This document shows, piece after piece, positions 39,514 to 57,745 of a stretch of 64,000 bases of DNA. Source of the DNA: the human T2T-CHM13v2.0 reference genome, Homo sapiens. The notes under the pieces are model-generated. The model saw only the letters and a list, made by a program, of their open reading frames with translations. It was not told the DNA's origin and made no database searches. The translations under genes were made by a program, and so were the position numbers. The stretch lies in the NCBI RefSeq assembly GCF_009914755.1, contig NC_060938.1. One strand, 5' to 3'. Positions within the stretch are counted from its first letter, which is position 1, and each line of letters opens with the position of its first letter.

Positions 39514-40663
39514 ACAATGAGAACACTTGGACACAGGAAGGGGAACATCACACACCGGGGCCTGTTGTGGGGTGCGGGGAGAGGGGAGGGATAGCATTAG
39601 GAGATATACCTAATGTTAAATGACGAGTTAATGGGTGCAGCACACCAACATGGCACATGTATACATATGTAACAAACCTGCACATTGTGCACATGTACCC
39701 TAAAACTTAAAGTATAATAATAAAAAAAAAATTATAAAGTACTGCATGGTGATATGTGCCTATAGTCCTAGCTATTCAGGCGGCTGAAGCAGGAGGATCC
39801 CTTGAACCCAGGATAGGAGTTTGAGGCTGCAGTGAGCTATGATTACACCACTGCATTCCAGCCTGGGTGACAGAACAAGTCCCTGTCTCTAAAAATCATA
39901 ATAATAATAATAATTTTTAAAATTGTAGTATAGTATGTAGCCTTTTGTGTAATGAAAGTGGAAGGAGGAGCTATGAACATATGACATATACATATGAATG
40001 TATATGCTTATCTGCAAAAAGAAACACTGGAAGGATAAATTCAGAAGCTAGTAAAAATGATTACCTGCAAAGCAGTAAGAGAAGAGACAGAAGGGATATG
40101 GATGAAAGGGAAGCATCTTTGAATATAATTTGTTACACAGTTTTGACCTTGGAATCATGTAAATGTTTTACATACTCAAAATTAAATCAAAGAGAAAAAA
40201 AATCTAGTGATCCTCATACAGCTAAATGCTTCATGTGATAATGGAACACTGATATGTTGCCTATGCCCCATTTTATTAAAATGAACCAGACTATAACCTT
40301 GACCTAGCCAAATCATTTTTCTTCAGTAATAAAGTTTCCCTGCTATATTTACTTATGTTTTGCTCCAACATATCTAAAAGCTACCATCTGTAGGTAATAA
40401 GAACAGAACACTATCACATATTGTTTTAATTTCCTGCCTGTTATCAGCAGCAAGAAGGTAACCCTGGAAACAGGGATTTATGGCATTCTGTTTCCTACGG
40501 TTGGTCACAACCACAAACAAAATGAAAGCAGCCTCCACAAGTTAAAGGTTTGTCTACAACAACACCACACAATGTCAGTTTTCAGGTATACCTTTCTCAT
40601 GTCATTCATAATTAAGCAATGCCAACAAATAACACTGCTGGGTAACATCCCTCAAGTATTTAG

Positions 40664-41020
<357 letters not shown>

Positions 41021-41050
41021 CCCAAGTGCTTATTTAAGCATACTTCGAAA

Positions 41051-41205
41051 CAGGGGTTCCCAGACTCCCGCTGTGGGCCTGTTAAGACACAAATCTCTAG
41101 GCCCCACCCCTAGGGCTTCTGTTTCAGGTGATCTGAGCAGACCTGAGAATTTGCATTTCTAACAAGTTCCCAGAAGATCCTGAAGCTCCCGGTCTGAGAA
41201 CCAGA
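41051..41205 (+). mobile_element. MER5A-like hAT MITE
   Basis: CAGGGGTTCCCA..CCTGAGAATTTGCATTTCTAACAAGTTCCCAG..TGAGAACCA. Confidence 0.7.
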
Positions 41206-41338
41206 GTGCCCCTGGTTTGAACTATTTCATGTTTTGTGCTGCTACACAGAAACTTCATCTCTTCAAAATGCTCCTACTCAAATATATAGGTAAATATTTA
41301 AGGACAAACAGACCTGTTTCTGCTGTGGAGAAAGTGAG

Positions 41339-41419
41339 GGAAAAAGGTAAGAAGAAACTCCAGGGAAAGATTTCCTCAAAAGGAAATTTCTGTCCAATGG
41401 AGTTCCCTCTGAACCCATA
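41339..41419 (-). ncRNA. MIR4308: MIR4308 stem-loop (mature UCCCUGGAGUUUCUUCUU at 41366-41349)
   Basis: Matches the recalled miR-4308 sequence. Visible stems GGAACUCCA/UGGAGUUUC and AUUUCCU/AGGAAAU. Intronic and sense to GCH1. Its status as a bona fide miRNA is uncertain. Confidence 0.8.
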
Positions 41420-41966
41420 GTATAGGAATTAGTGCCGTCTGGAGTATCTGGTGATCAGCACCAACAACTCCAGCTCTCTGAGGAAGCCGGACACCTGACG
41501 CATCTCCCTGGAAGGACAGAGTTAAAAGACAGTGGAAGATGACTTGGAACATCTGAGTGAGCATCCATCCTAAAGGATAGGAAAGAGCTAATGGAGTCTG
41601 CCTACTGGTTTTAAAATTAAGAGAAGAGACAGAGAGAAGTGCCTAGGGCATCACACCTCTGCTTTTGGCTGGAATTAAATCAACTCAAGGTGCTAACAAA
41701 GATAAGCCTATCCTGATTTGGTGGAGAATGGTCCAGACCCTCATAGTTCCATCTAATATCAGAGCTACCTCCACCAGCATACAGCGCTTATCTCATCATG
41801 CCTCGTAGTACCATGGTTATTTGTGCCCACGTCCCACAGACACACTGGGCTATAAGTTTCTGAGTTAAGCATTATATCTGAAGGCTTTGGAGCTTCTACA
41901 CACTTCCCTGTAACACCATGCACAAAGCTGGAGTTAAACATAGATCTTCTGTGTTTATTCAATTAA

Positions 41967-42285
<319 letters not shown>

Positions 42286-42365
42286 AATTCACTTCCTTAA
42301 AATACATTTTTAAATGAAGGGACTCCAAAGAAATTCATGCAGCCAAGGGAACATAAGAATTTTCA

Positions 42366-42646
42366 GCTGGGCACAGTGGTTCACGCCTGTAATCCCAGCA
42401 CTTTGGGAGGCCAAGGCAGGTGGATCAATTGAGGTCAGGAGTTCAAAACCAGCCTGGCCAACATAGTGAAAACCCATCTCTTCTAAAAATACAAAAATTA
42501 GCCGGATGTGGTGCCATGCACCCGTAGTCCCAGCTACTTGGGAGGCTGAGGCACGAGAATCACTTGAACCTGGGAGGCGAAGGTTGCAGTGACTTCAGAT
42601 CACACCACTGCACTCCAGCCTGGGCAACAGAGCAAGTCCCTGTCTC

Positions 42647-42678
<32 letters not shown>

Positions 42679-43380
42679 CTGCCATCTTGTTGGTAATAGC
42701 AAAAATAGAGAAGAGTGAATCAGAAGAACAATTACACAGTTTGGGTAAACTCACAATAAAATATGACCCAGCAATGAAAGTCAGTAAATTTGGGCTGCAT
42801 TTATAAATCCTTGAAAGGATATTCAGTGTAAAAAGCGTGTAGCAGAAGGATATGTAGAGTATGAGCCATTTAAATTAAGTAAAAACAATGTTACATGTTG
42901 TTTGTAAACATATACAGAAAATGAAAGTATAAAAATAGACATGAGGCCGGTCGCAGTGGCTCACGCCTGTAATCCCAGCACGTTCGGAGGCCGATGAGGG
43001 CAGGAGTACAAGACCAGCCTGGCTAACATGGTGAAACCCCATCTCTACTAAAAATACAAAAATTAGCTGGGTGTGGTGGCACATGCCTGTAATCCCAGGT
43101 ACTCAGGAGGCTGAGGCAGGAGAATCGTTTGATTCTGGGAGGCGGAGGTTGCCGTGAGCCAACATTGCACCACAGCACTCCAGCCTGGGTGACAGAGTAA
43201 GGCTCTGTCTCAAAAAAAAAAAAAAAAAAAAAAAAGACATGAAAGCAATCCCAGCTACTCAGGAGTCTGAGACAGAAGAACTGCTTGAACCCGGAGGCGG
43301 AGGTTGCAGTGAGCCAAGATCATGCCACTGCACTCCAGTCTGGGCAACAGAGCAAGACTCCATCTCAAAAAAAAAAAGAA
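42366..43380 (+). mobile_element. Alu cluster (42366-42674, 42945-43235, partial 43246-43380)
   Basis: Alu consensus match. Confidence 0.9.
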
Positions 43381-43574
43381 AGTTAGGGACCAAATTCAGT
43401 ATAGTGGTTACCTCTGTAGTGAGATGATAACTGGATCAGGAAGTGATAACTAGGAAGTTTAAACTATCTGTATTTTTTAAAAGCAATTATAGCAAAATAC
43501 TAAGATTTGTCAAAACCCAATGTATTTTGATTAAACTTGTTCATACAGTCTTGTATATGTGAGAAATTTCATTA

Positions 43575-44070
43575 ATAATATATTATAAAATATATATTTT
43601 ATATATAATATAATATATATTATATAATACATAATATATAAAATATATATATACTCCATATATATATATACTCCATATAAATATATACTCCATATATATA
43701 TATACACTCCATATATATATATACTCCATATATATATATACTCCATATATATATATATACTCCATATATATATATACTCCATATATATATACTCCATATA
43801 TATATACTCCATATATATATACTCCATATATATATATACTCCATATATATATACTCCATATATATATATACTCCATATATATATACTCCATATATATATA
43901 TACTCCATATATATATACTCATATATATATATATACTCCATATATATATACTCCATATATATATATATACTCCATATATATATATACTCCATATATATAT
44001 ATATACTCCATATATATATATATATACTCCATATATATATATACTCCATATATATATACTCCATAATATA
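43575..44070. repeat. AT-rich tract plus ~25 copies of CTCCA(TA)n minisatellite
   Basis: Read directly. Units are about 15-23 bp with variable TA number. Confidence 0.98.
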
Positions 44071-44324
44071 TGGAGTGTAATGCTGCAATCTCGGCTTACC
44101 GCAACCTCCACCTCCCAGCTTCAAGCGATTCTCCTGCCTCAGCCTCCCGAGTAGCTGGGATTACAGGTATGTGCCACCATGCCTGGCTAATTTTTGTATT
44201 TTTAGTAGAGACAGGGTTTCTCCATGTTGGTCAGGCTGGTCTTGAACTCCCAGCCTCAGGTGATCCGCCCTCCTCAGCCTCTCAAAGTGCTGGGATTACA
44301 GGTGTGAACCACCGCGCCAGGCCA
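44070..44324 (-). mobile_element. AluS lacking its 3' end and tail
   Basis: Starts at TGGAGTGTAATG, directly abutting the minisatellite. Confidence 0.92.
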
Positions 44325-46290
44325 ATAAAAATATTTTTTTAAATTAAGGTCTTCATACACATGCTGGCATTTGTTTTTTCTATAAAAATAAAAAAATTTT
44401 AAAAAGAAACAAACATTAAAAAAACAGGTTACCTTTGCATGGAGGGGCTATAGGAGGAGGGCAAGGAGGAGTACACAGGAAGACCCAGCCAGCTTCACGC
44501 AGTGCTGCAAACTCTTTCAAAATCCTCCCTAAATCACATCCTGCAACTCAAAGTCTTCTGCCCTGAAGATGGCATTAAGATGTTTTGCTTTCTACCACCT
44601 GTTTGAAAAATTTGTCCTACAAGTAAGAGCATGTTAAAACAAATTCAAAGAGGAAAAAAAAATCGCTCTCTCTGCTTTCACTTTCATCATGAGTACACCT
44701 CTTGTTAGAGCTTCCGACACTCACAGCTTTTTGTACTTACCAAGACAGAATTTGGAAAACTTGGCCAAAATAAGCATGAACCCAAACATTCCACAGACTG
44801 ACACAATGGCGGAAACTAAGACGACTACAGACAACCAGTCACACCATCTGCTGGAGTGCACAGAGCTGCCGCACAGCTTTGATATGCTCCACAAACTTAT
44901 TTCATAAACTGTAGGTTTGTCAGCAGGAAAGACCTAATGTATTGCAAAAAAAGTAAAAGTTTGGTTATTTTGGAAATTTTCACTCCATCTTTGGCAGAGA
45001 CAAATTCATATGTTGCTCTTAGCTATTAAAATATAGCCAAAGCTATTGAAATAGATGTTCTCAGCTGCCCTCAAAATAGTACTGACATGCATGTTTCCTT
45101 CAGCCAACCCAGTACTGATGAGCTATTCTCATCCTCTCAGCCAGCCTTGTCACAAACACTACGTTTCTTGGTAAGAGTTCAAGTTTTCACGTATAAAGTT
45201 ATCTTTACTAACATTTTGCTCCTCATTACAACAGTAATATTCATGGAAGTTTATCGGTAAGATGTAGAAATAATCAAATGAGAAAGTGAAAGCACATAAA
45301 ATCCCTCCACCCTGATGCAATTACTTTACTGCCTCTTAGGGGAACCGCACGCACAGTGGTTCAAGATGTAGAATGGTAAAGTAGAAGGAATGAATAAAAG
45401 AGTCCAGAGCTCAAGGGTGTTGGACATTGATGCCAAATTACAAGTTATCCTTCTGCCCCACTGCTCAGCTTCTGAGATGTGCATGGCAGTGGCCAGGGCC
45501 TCTCTGTACTGAGGTAAGGGGAAAGTACTTATTTTAAACTGTTTAGATTTATTGCTGGATAAAACTGAAGGCTGCCAATCATGTATACTATTAACTCTCA
45601 AAGTTATCCAAGCCAAAGAACTCGCCTTTCTGGTCTCAGTTTACTACTCTGAATATTTCTGGTAGACCAAAATTAGAGCCTTAGAAACTGTCTAAGGAAT
45701 CAAAACAGTGTATTCAAGGAGTCATTTTTAAAAACACACACACACTTGCCAAATTTAGTTTTTTAACTGGATAATTTTGTATATCTTTCACAATCCAGCT
45801 GTTAAACCGAAAATGGAATTTACGAAACAGATGGTGATAACAAGGTCTAGTTCACAGCAGTTCTACAGAAAAAAAAAACACACCAATCTGATTAAACTAT
45901 CCATTTGCTTCAAAAGCCTCTAATAGGCTCGTCCCTTATCATCCTACATTCACTTATACCACGAGATTTCATACAGATGGGTGTGATGGAACCATCTGTA
46001 ATCCCATCCAAGTAAGTACCATCAGAGTGCGCAAGCCACCATCATTAGTGACAGATGAAGAGATAAGGGATCTTCCTTCGCAACAGGGGTTCCCAAATAC
46101 AGCCAATCAACAGGGAGTTTTGGAAAATATAGCGTCCCAAGCTACCCAGCAAAAATCTCATTTACTATGTGTAGGGATGGACCCAGGATAAGTCGTTTTA
46201 AAATCTATGTGATTCTGGTGACTGGCTGGGGTGGGAGCACACAGGCTTGAGAGCTGAGGGTACATGAGGGTTGAAAACAGACCCACTGCT

Positions 46291-47230
<940 letters not shown>

Positions 47231-47678
47231 CTACAACCAACTCATTAGAAATCAATGTCTAGGGTAATACAATAAAGTTTTCATAGTTCTGAGCTGAAAA
47301 CAAATCTATCAAACCATGACCTCAAGCAACTTGAGATCTGCAGAAATAAGAGGCCTAGGTGTAAAAATATTTGGAGAATGACTAGAGGTTAAATTGTAAA
47401 ACTGATAGTTCACATAAATGAAAACTTGTGGGCTGAGACAAAACAATATGATTGTATTGAAGATTAAAATTTTACCCAGGCCTAAAGGTCGAGTAGGAGG
47501 AAAGGTGGAGGGAGGGTTTCCTAGAAAGGGAAAGGAAGAAAAGTACCATATAAAATAAGATATGGAAGTGGGAAACAGCAAAAGGAAAAAAGCCTGTGTA
47601 GGTCTATGCATGGAACAGAAACAAAATTCCCTTCTCTTTTAGAGCATTGTTTTCTTTTTTTCTTTTTTTGTAAGATTA

Positions 47679-48006
<328 letters not shown>

Positions 48007-48806
48007 GATTACACAGTAATTTATTGAGAGCCTCCTCTCCCTGCCTTGCAGTTGCTTGGAGATTTTGTACGCTAGCCCCAGGAAGGTGGCTGGGGGCAGT
48101 GGTGCAACACACTGCTCAATGAGACCCATAAGGTGGCTGTAACCATCTTCCACATACCAAGAACATGGTCAGCAGATCCAGCTCCTCATATAGTGCCTCC
48201 TCCCTGTAATTCTTCTGCATGATCTGGTGCTGTTCCGGTGTGGCCCATTGCAGACACTGAACCACCAGTCAGCTGCATTTGTTGTCATCTGTTGTCCTGG
48301 ATGTCAGTACAAACTCTGCCAGTGGTGACAGTAGGGTCCCCAAAGAGGTCAAGGTAATCATCCTGAATCTGAAAGAACTCCTAACTCCAGCAGGATCTTC
48401 CTGTCATTGGCCCATTCCTTCCCCACACTGACGCCTGCCATAGACATGGCTGCAGCTTCAGGATGGTAGAAGAAGTAGAAAGCTGTCTTATACTTGACAG
48501 TGATTTGTACCTCTTTTCAGTGAACCAGTCAAGATCCACATTGCTCTGGGGGGCTGTGATGGGGTCCAGGGTCTGCCTGATCTCTGTCTAATAGGAACTC
48601 CACAGGAAGTGCTTTTTCAGGTTCAGGTAATGGGGTTGCTCTCAGCAACAGAGCTTCAACAGGTGATAGATAGATGCTTCTAGAAGCATAGCATCATTGA
48701 TGGCATCCAAACCTACACCTGGCTTCTGATACAAGCAGATCTGCCCCCAGCAAGGTGAGGGATGAATCCCTGATGTCATCTGCCACCAGGAAGAAAGCTT
48801 GCAGCA

Positions 48807-49118
<312 letters not shown>

Positions 49119-49528
49119 CGGGCAAGCTTACAGCAGTTCACACAACAGCCCAGACAGGACCTGCTGGAGACTATCAGCATCCTGTTTCCTGGGCTCTGCC
49201 AGCTCCTGGAATGCTACCAGCATCATCAAACCCTAGTGGTACTTGTCTCCAGTGGCAGTGTACTCCAGGACCTCTTTGAGCCAGGTAATAGACTCTCCTG
49301 TCTCTGGGTGCCCCATCTCATCCTCAGTCAGCATCCTGACAACCTGGGAGAAGTCCTGGATAAAATTCTGCTTTTCTTGGGCATACATATCTGGATTTCT
49401 GGTCTCCATTCATTTTGTTCCTGGATGTGAGTTCCTGCTTGGACAGCATTTTTCAAATTAAATTTTACATTTAGTTTGTGATTTCTTTCAAGCCCTACCA
49501 CAACTCGCATTAGTCAAAACCAGTTATA

Positions 49529-49832
<304 letters not shown>

Positions 49833-50489
49833 CACCAGTTATTGTCCCGACTTTACAGATGAGGACACAGATACTGTCATTTGGAAACACTAGCTGACTG
49901 CTGAAGAAGAGCCAACCAGCCGGTGGGAGAGCTAGATTTTGACCCATCTTCTGACTCCAGACCAGAGCCTTAATCTTGGGCTGAACTCAACCTACTAGAA
50001 GTGTGGACTGAAGGGGAGAGGTCCCCTTCAGGAAACACGCATCAGGGGTTATTGTAGGTTGAAGTCTGCCATGTGGTGACAAGGCCCAGAGCTGATGACA
50101 GCAAAAGACAGCAAATCTGATTTTTTAAAAGAAAAGTAAAATCCATTATAAACTGTCAGCCAGGAGAGCAGAGCAGAAAGAGTGGCCTAATGCCCAGAGA
50201 CTGCCAGAACCAAAGTGGTGCGCATCAGTCACAAAATACTGTTTCACCAACTATTTATTTGGCTTATTTGAGGGAAAATTCAGAAATGTAATGCTATGTT
50301 GACCTTTTCTTTTTGAAATCAAACTGGAAGAATTTCAGGGGAAAGGAAAATCCCATTAAATCTTCAAACTAATAAAACATTTTTTAAAAAGGAACTTCTC
50401 TAGAGAAGCTTATCCTAGAAAACCAGTGAAACAGGGCTTTTAAAAACCAATTAGAAGTCTTTAAATCTTCAAGATCCAAATACTTAGTG

Positions 50490-51080
50490 TCTCCCAGTTG
50501 TGACAGTGCATGAAGTACAGAGCATTCCTGCTAAAAATGTTTTCCAGGAATTTAGTGAGGTCTTTAGACCTGACTTGCAGTTACCAGGAATATGAGAAAT
50601 ATAGAAGTTAAATGAAAACAAACAAACAAAAATCATACAAATCATAAAGGTAGAGTATCTTACAGGACAACTGACCTCTCTGATAAAGCAGTGGCAGGGG
50701 TTGGGGGCGGTAGGCGCTATTCCAGATTAAAACGTAATAATCAAATGCAAATGTATGGACCTTGAGTGGATCCTTGTTGGAAAAAATCATTAGTAAAAGA
50801 CATTTGAGACACCTGAGGAAATGTGAATATATATTAGGTATTAGATGATATGAAGGAATGAATAGCTAATTTTACTAAGGGTGGTGTAAATCATTAAGAA
50901 AAACGCTTTTTAGGGTGACATTTCACCTCTAAATACATGTCTCTGATTTACTATCAGTAAACGAATAAACTACGCCAATATGGCAGAATGTTAGTTTTCA
51001 ATCTAGGTGGTAAGTATATAGGTGTCTATTATATAATTTTGACTACTTTTATGTTTGAAGGTTTTACATAATAAAAAATT
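50490..51080 (+). mobile_element. Old L1M (L1ME/MC-like) 3' region
   Basis: Distantly similar to 25993-26298 (CTTTAGA.CT.A, CAAATGCAA, ACATTTGAGACA) and ends in CATAATAAAA. Confidence 0.6.
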
Positions 51081-51659
51081 AAAGTTTACAAATACATGAG
51101 ACTAACAGTGAATATTAGTTTTTTCGGTATTACTATTCTACCCAACCACTCCTTTTCTAGTTTATATGAAGCTTTATTAATAAACTAAAACTTCAAGCAC
51201 TAGTAAAACTAACAACTGGTTATTATTTTGGTAGAAGCAACAACAACATTCTTGGGGGGAAAAGTCTTTAAATAAAGGCTCTGTCTAATCAAAGGAGCTA
51301 CAGGTAGGAAGACCATAGATCCCAAGAACATTTAGATAAGAAACCTTTTCAAAAATCTGCATCATAAGAAAAAAGACAGAGACCTGTTACTATAGAAACG
51401 ATTTGCAGGGCTTGAACATTTCCAGGGAAAACAGCACCTCTAGCAAGGAAAGGAGGCTGAAGAGCTTCCTAGGGCCTTGCCTGTCAGCTGCTGGAAGTCA
51501 ACAGAGTGAGTGATGACAATTCTGACAGGCCCACCCATGCTCAGAGACCTCGGCATGACAATTTAACTCCTAGTCCTACTGCCTCTCCCTTCAGAACAGA
51601 CCCAGAATAGTCAAGTGACTCACCTACCTAAGTTCATAAACCAGTTAGCATATTACTAG

Positions 51660-52020
<361 letters not shown>

Positions 52021-53364
52021 TATACAACTAGTTTAAGAAATACCAAGGAGATTTCAGAATTAGATCAGTGAACAGAATTTCCAACATGCTAAATATGAAG
52101 CTGAAAGATGTGCATCTACTTTTTATAAACTACTTCACTTGTAAACAGCCCCAGCCCTCAAAAAGCTGTTTACTGTGGTGGAGGAGGGGTAGAAGGGGAG
52201 AAAGAGATGACACCAAAATGAAAGGACACGCAGCATGGGATAAGTATGGCCTCCGTGGAGGCAAAGCCTGACAGCACTAACAGCTGGAGGCTGTCAGCAA
52301 ACTGTTCCTTGAAGCTGAAGGGCAGATTCTTTTTGATAGGCCATCAGAGAGGCATACCTCCAGGGCTGCCCATGTGATAAACGATAAATGGTGGGGTCAA
52401 TTAGAGGGGTATGATCTACAGCAGCTATGCCTTAAAGTCAACTAGTCAGCGACCTCACTGAGTTAAGGCCTCTCATCTGATCTCCAGGCACGCATAGCCC
52501 TTCCTCACTGCTAACGAACACTGTACCACAAATGCCTAGACCACACAGGTAAAATTATATTTTAAGCTATTTTAGTGAGAGATTCCTTGTTTGGGATGTT
52601 TGCCAATGGCCTCTATTGAACTGAGTTCTGATTCCTGCTTAGGACAAATAAAAACTAATGTGTGATACATAAAACACATCACACTTCACAGGAAGAGCCA
52701 TGGCCTCTTAGGACTGCACATCACAAACATTTGGACCAACTGGACCTCGAAAAATTCACCCAGAATTCAGTCACGGCCAATTTCCTCACCTAAACCTGGC
52801 TGCTTGTTCACAGAAGTCTCCATAAGCAACAGTTGTTGATAAGCAAGAGGCAGCAGCCACCTCCCCATGGTTGCCAACCAAAAACAAAAAGGACAGTAAA
52901 ATAAATTACAGGAGGAGGGCAGATAATAAAGGCCAAACATTGCAAAAGAACAAACCTCAGGATCTTCACCTGGGTCTCCAGCTCCAGCAAGGAAATGAGA
53001 CAGAGTGGTTTCTCAGATTAACTGTGCACTAAACTATGCACTAAACTAAAATACTAAATTGCCCTATATGAGGAAATGCGATGGAAGATAAGAAAAAAAT
53101 GCCAAAAAATGTAGCAAGAGGCTACAACAGAACAAAACCTCACAGCAATGGTGAGGAAAGACAACAGAAAATCAATCAAGTGTTTTTTGCAAGGAAAAAA
53201 CTTATTCAATTTTAGAAAAATCACTTTGGCATGAATGGATCAGAGCAGGACAAGCTAGGAGGCAAGAAGGCCAGTTAAGAGGTTATTGTAATTTAAGTGA
53301 AAGATGACTCAGATTCTAGAAATATTCAGGTGGTATATGTGTCAGAACTTTGTGAGCATGATTA

Positions 53365-53712
<348 letters not shown>

Positions 53713-54204
53713 ACCAGGTTACAAAGACTAGATGAAGTAGCAACATGTGTCAGGTTAAAATTCATTACAAGGGTTGACTATGGCCAGAATGAACTTTAAA
53801 GACATCAGATAAAGGAGCTGGCCCTAATGCCATTAATATTGATCTTTTAAAAGTTTAAAATAAATCTAATTGCCTTGAAAACTCCATTTAATTTTAACTC
53901 TGGTACAGGTAACTATGAATGTTAGTGTATGCCTTTTATTGAAAAACACTTAGACCATAATCTCTAAACCAGCATGGACACGTTCTGCAAAAAACAAACA
54001 ACCCAAAAAAACTCAAAATGAATTTCCTTCTAGGTTCAACTCAAAAGCTACTTTCTCCATAACATCTGGACTTTCCTGTCTCTCCACCAGAAGCACCCAG
54101 CTTCCCTCTGACTACACAGAACCCCTTTACTCCTTGAAGGCCAAGATCAGGCCAACAATCATCTTTGTTTCCCCTTTAACAGTGACTACTCATAGAGACC
54201 ATCT

Positions 54205-55521
<1,317 letters not shown>

Positions 55522-55609
55522 TATCTTCAATTCTAAGGTTTTCTTGAAATAAGGAAATTAAAATATAATATGTGTTGAGAATATACAACATTGTACAGAA
55601 TGAATTACT

Positions 55610-56372
<763 letters not shown>

Positions 56373-56814
56373 TCAGATACTCTTTGCATAACCCAACACA
56401 AATTATATCCCAATCTAATTACTATAGACTCTAGCAAATTTATAACCATGGGAAACATATTTGTTTGCATAACCTGGAACTGAGAATTGTTCACATAATC
56501 CAGGATTCATAATCTGGGATCCAATGATTAGACAGTTGCCCTCTCCTGGTGAGTTTTAACACTGCAGTCTACTCAACCAAATACTAGACTCAAATTACAG
56601 TCCTCATATAGAAATCACTGGCAAATGAGTCAGGTGGGGAATGCCCAGGCATGGAAGGGTTTCTAGAGGTGGACAAAGCAAATAGCAGAGAAAATACAAA
56701 AGCGGGGATAGGTGAGGAAGAAGGGAGAAATCATTCAAATAAATCAGTAAAATATTATTATTAAAATTAAATCACCTACCAGAGATTACAATGATTCTCT
56801 TTCTATATCATCCT

Positions 56815-56990
56815 CTCAGCTCCGCCACTTTCAAGATACAGTCTTGGGAAAGTTCTCTCTGTGCCCCAATTTCCTTATGTATAAAATGGGAATAATATTG
56901 CCTACCCCATCGTGCTACTGTGAGGATCAAATGAGGTAACACATGTAAAAACTCACTGTTTAGCACAAAGTAAGCCATCAGCAGTATTTG
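56815..56990 (+). mobile_element. MIR
   Basis: CTTGGGAAAGTT..TATAAAATGGGAATAAT..GTGAGGATCAAATGAG. Confidence 0.7.
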
Positions 56991-57089
56991 TTACTCAGAA
57001 CATCAGTCGGCTTAAGCATCGCTTCACCCATTCATGCTCCCATCTCCTGGCATTGGTCAAGTTCCTATGCCAAGTGCTCTCACTGAGCT

Positions 57090-57255
57090 GTGTTTTTGTT
57101 TATCATCACATTTCTCAATCTCACAACACATTTCTATTTCATGTGATTCTATCTGCTAGGCTGTAAGTTCCATGAAGGCAGGAACTATACCTGGTTTTGC
57201 TCATCCTGCATTCCCAGCGTTCAGTGAAGTGCGTAGTACTTGATGATCAATGAAA
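57090..57255 (+). mobile_element. L2 3' end
   Basis: CTGTAAGTTCCATGAAGGCAGG..TTGCTCA..TCCCAGCG. Confidence 0.65.
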
Positions 57256-57304
57256 TTGTAGTAAAATTCCTACTAATTTTTTTAATAATAGTATTTAGTA
57301 CTAA

Positions 57305-57745
57305 TACAAGTTGAATTGTGCCATTCGCCAAAAAAGATATGTTGAAGTCCTAAACCCCAGGTATCTTTAGCATGTGACTTTATTTGGAAGTAGGGTTGTT
57401 GCAGATGTAATTAGCTAAACTAACACAGGCATACTGGAGTAAAGTGGACCCTGCCTCATATGACTGACATTCTTATAAGACAAAACAAAAACATGGACAC
57501 TGACAGAGGCAGCGACTGGAGTGACGCAGCTCAAACCAAGGAACACCATCAACTGACGGCCACCACCAGAAGCTGGGAAGAGGCAAGGACAGCCTCCCCC
57601 ACTACAGGTTCTGGAGTGAGTATGGTTCTGCTGACCCCTTGATTTTGGAACTTTAGTCTCTAGAACTGTGAGACTGTTTATTTCTGTCATTTAAACCACC
57701 TAGTTTGCGGTACTGTGTGATAGCAGCCCTGGGAATCTAGTACGA
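57305..57745 (+). mobile_element. MLT1B/C-like MaLR solo LTR
   Basis: TTGAATTGTG..GATATGTTGAAGTCCTAA..GTGACTTTATTTGGAA..AGAACTGTGAGA..TAGCAGCCCTGGGAA. Confidence 0.8.

Noticed and set aside
43654-44064. Repeat-spacer periodicity resembling a CRISPR array, and the MEYIY-repeat ORFs
   Set aside because: The spacers are just (TA)n, the repeat is 5-6 bp, the context is human and there are no cas genes. The ORFs are low-complexity artefacts.
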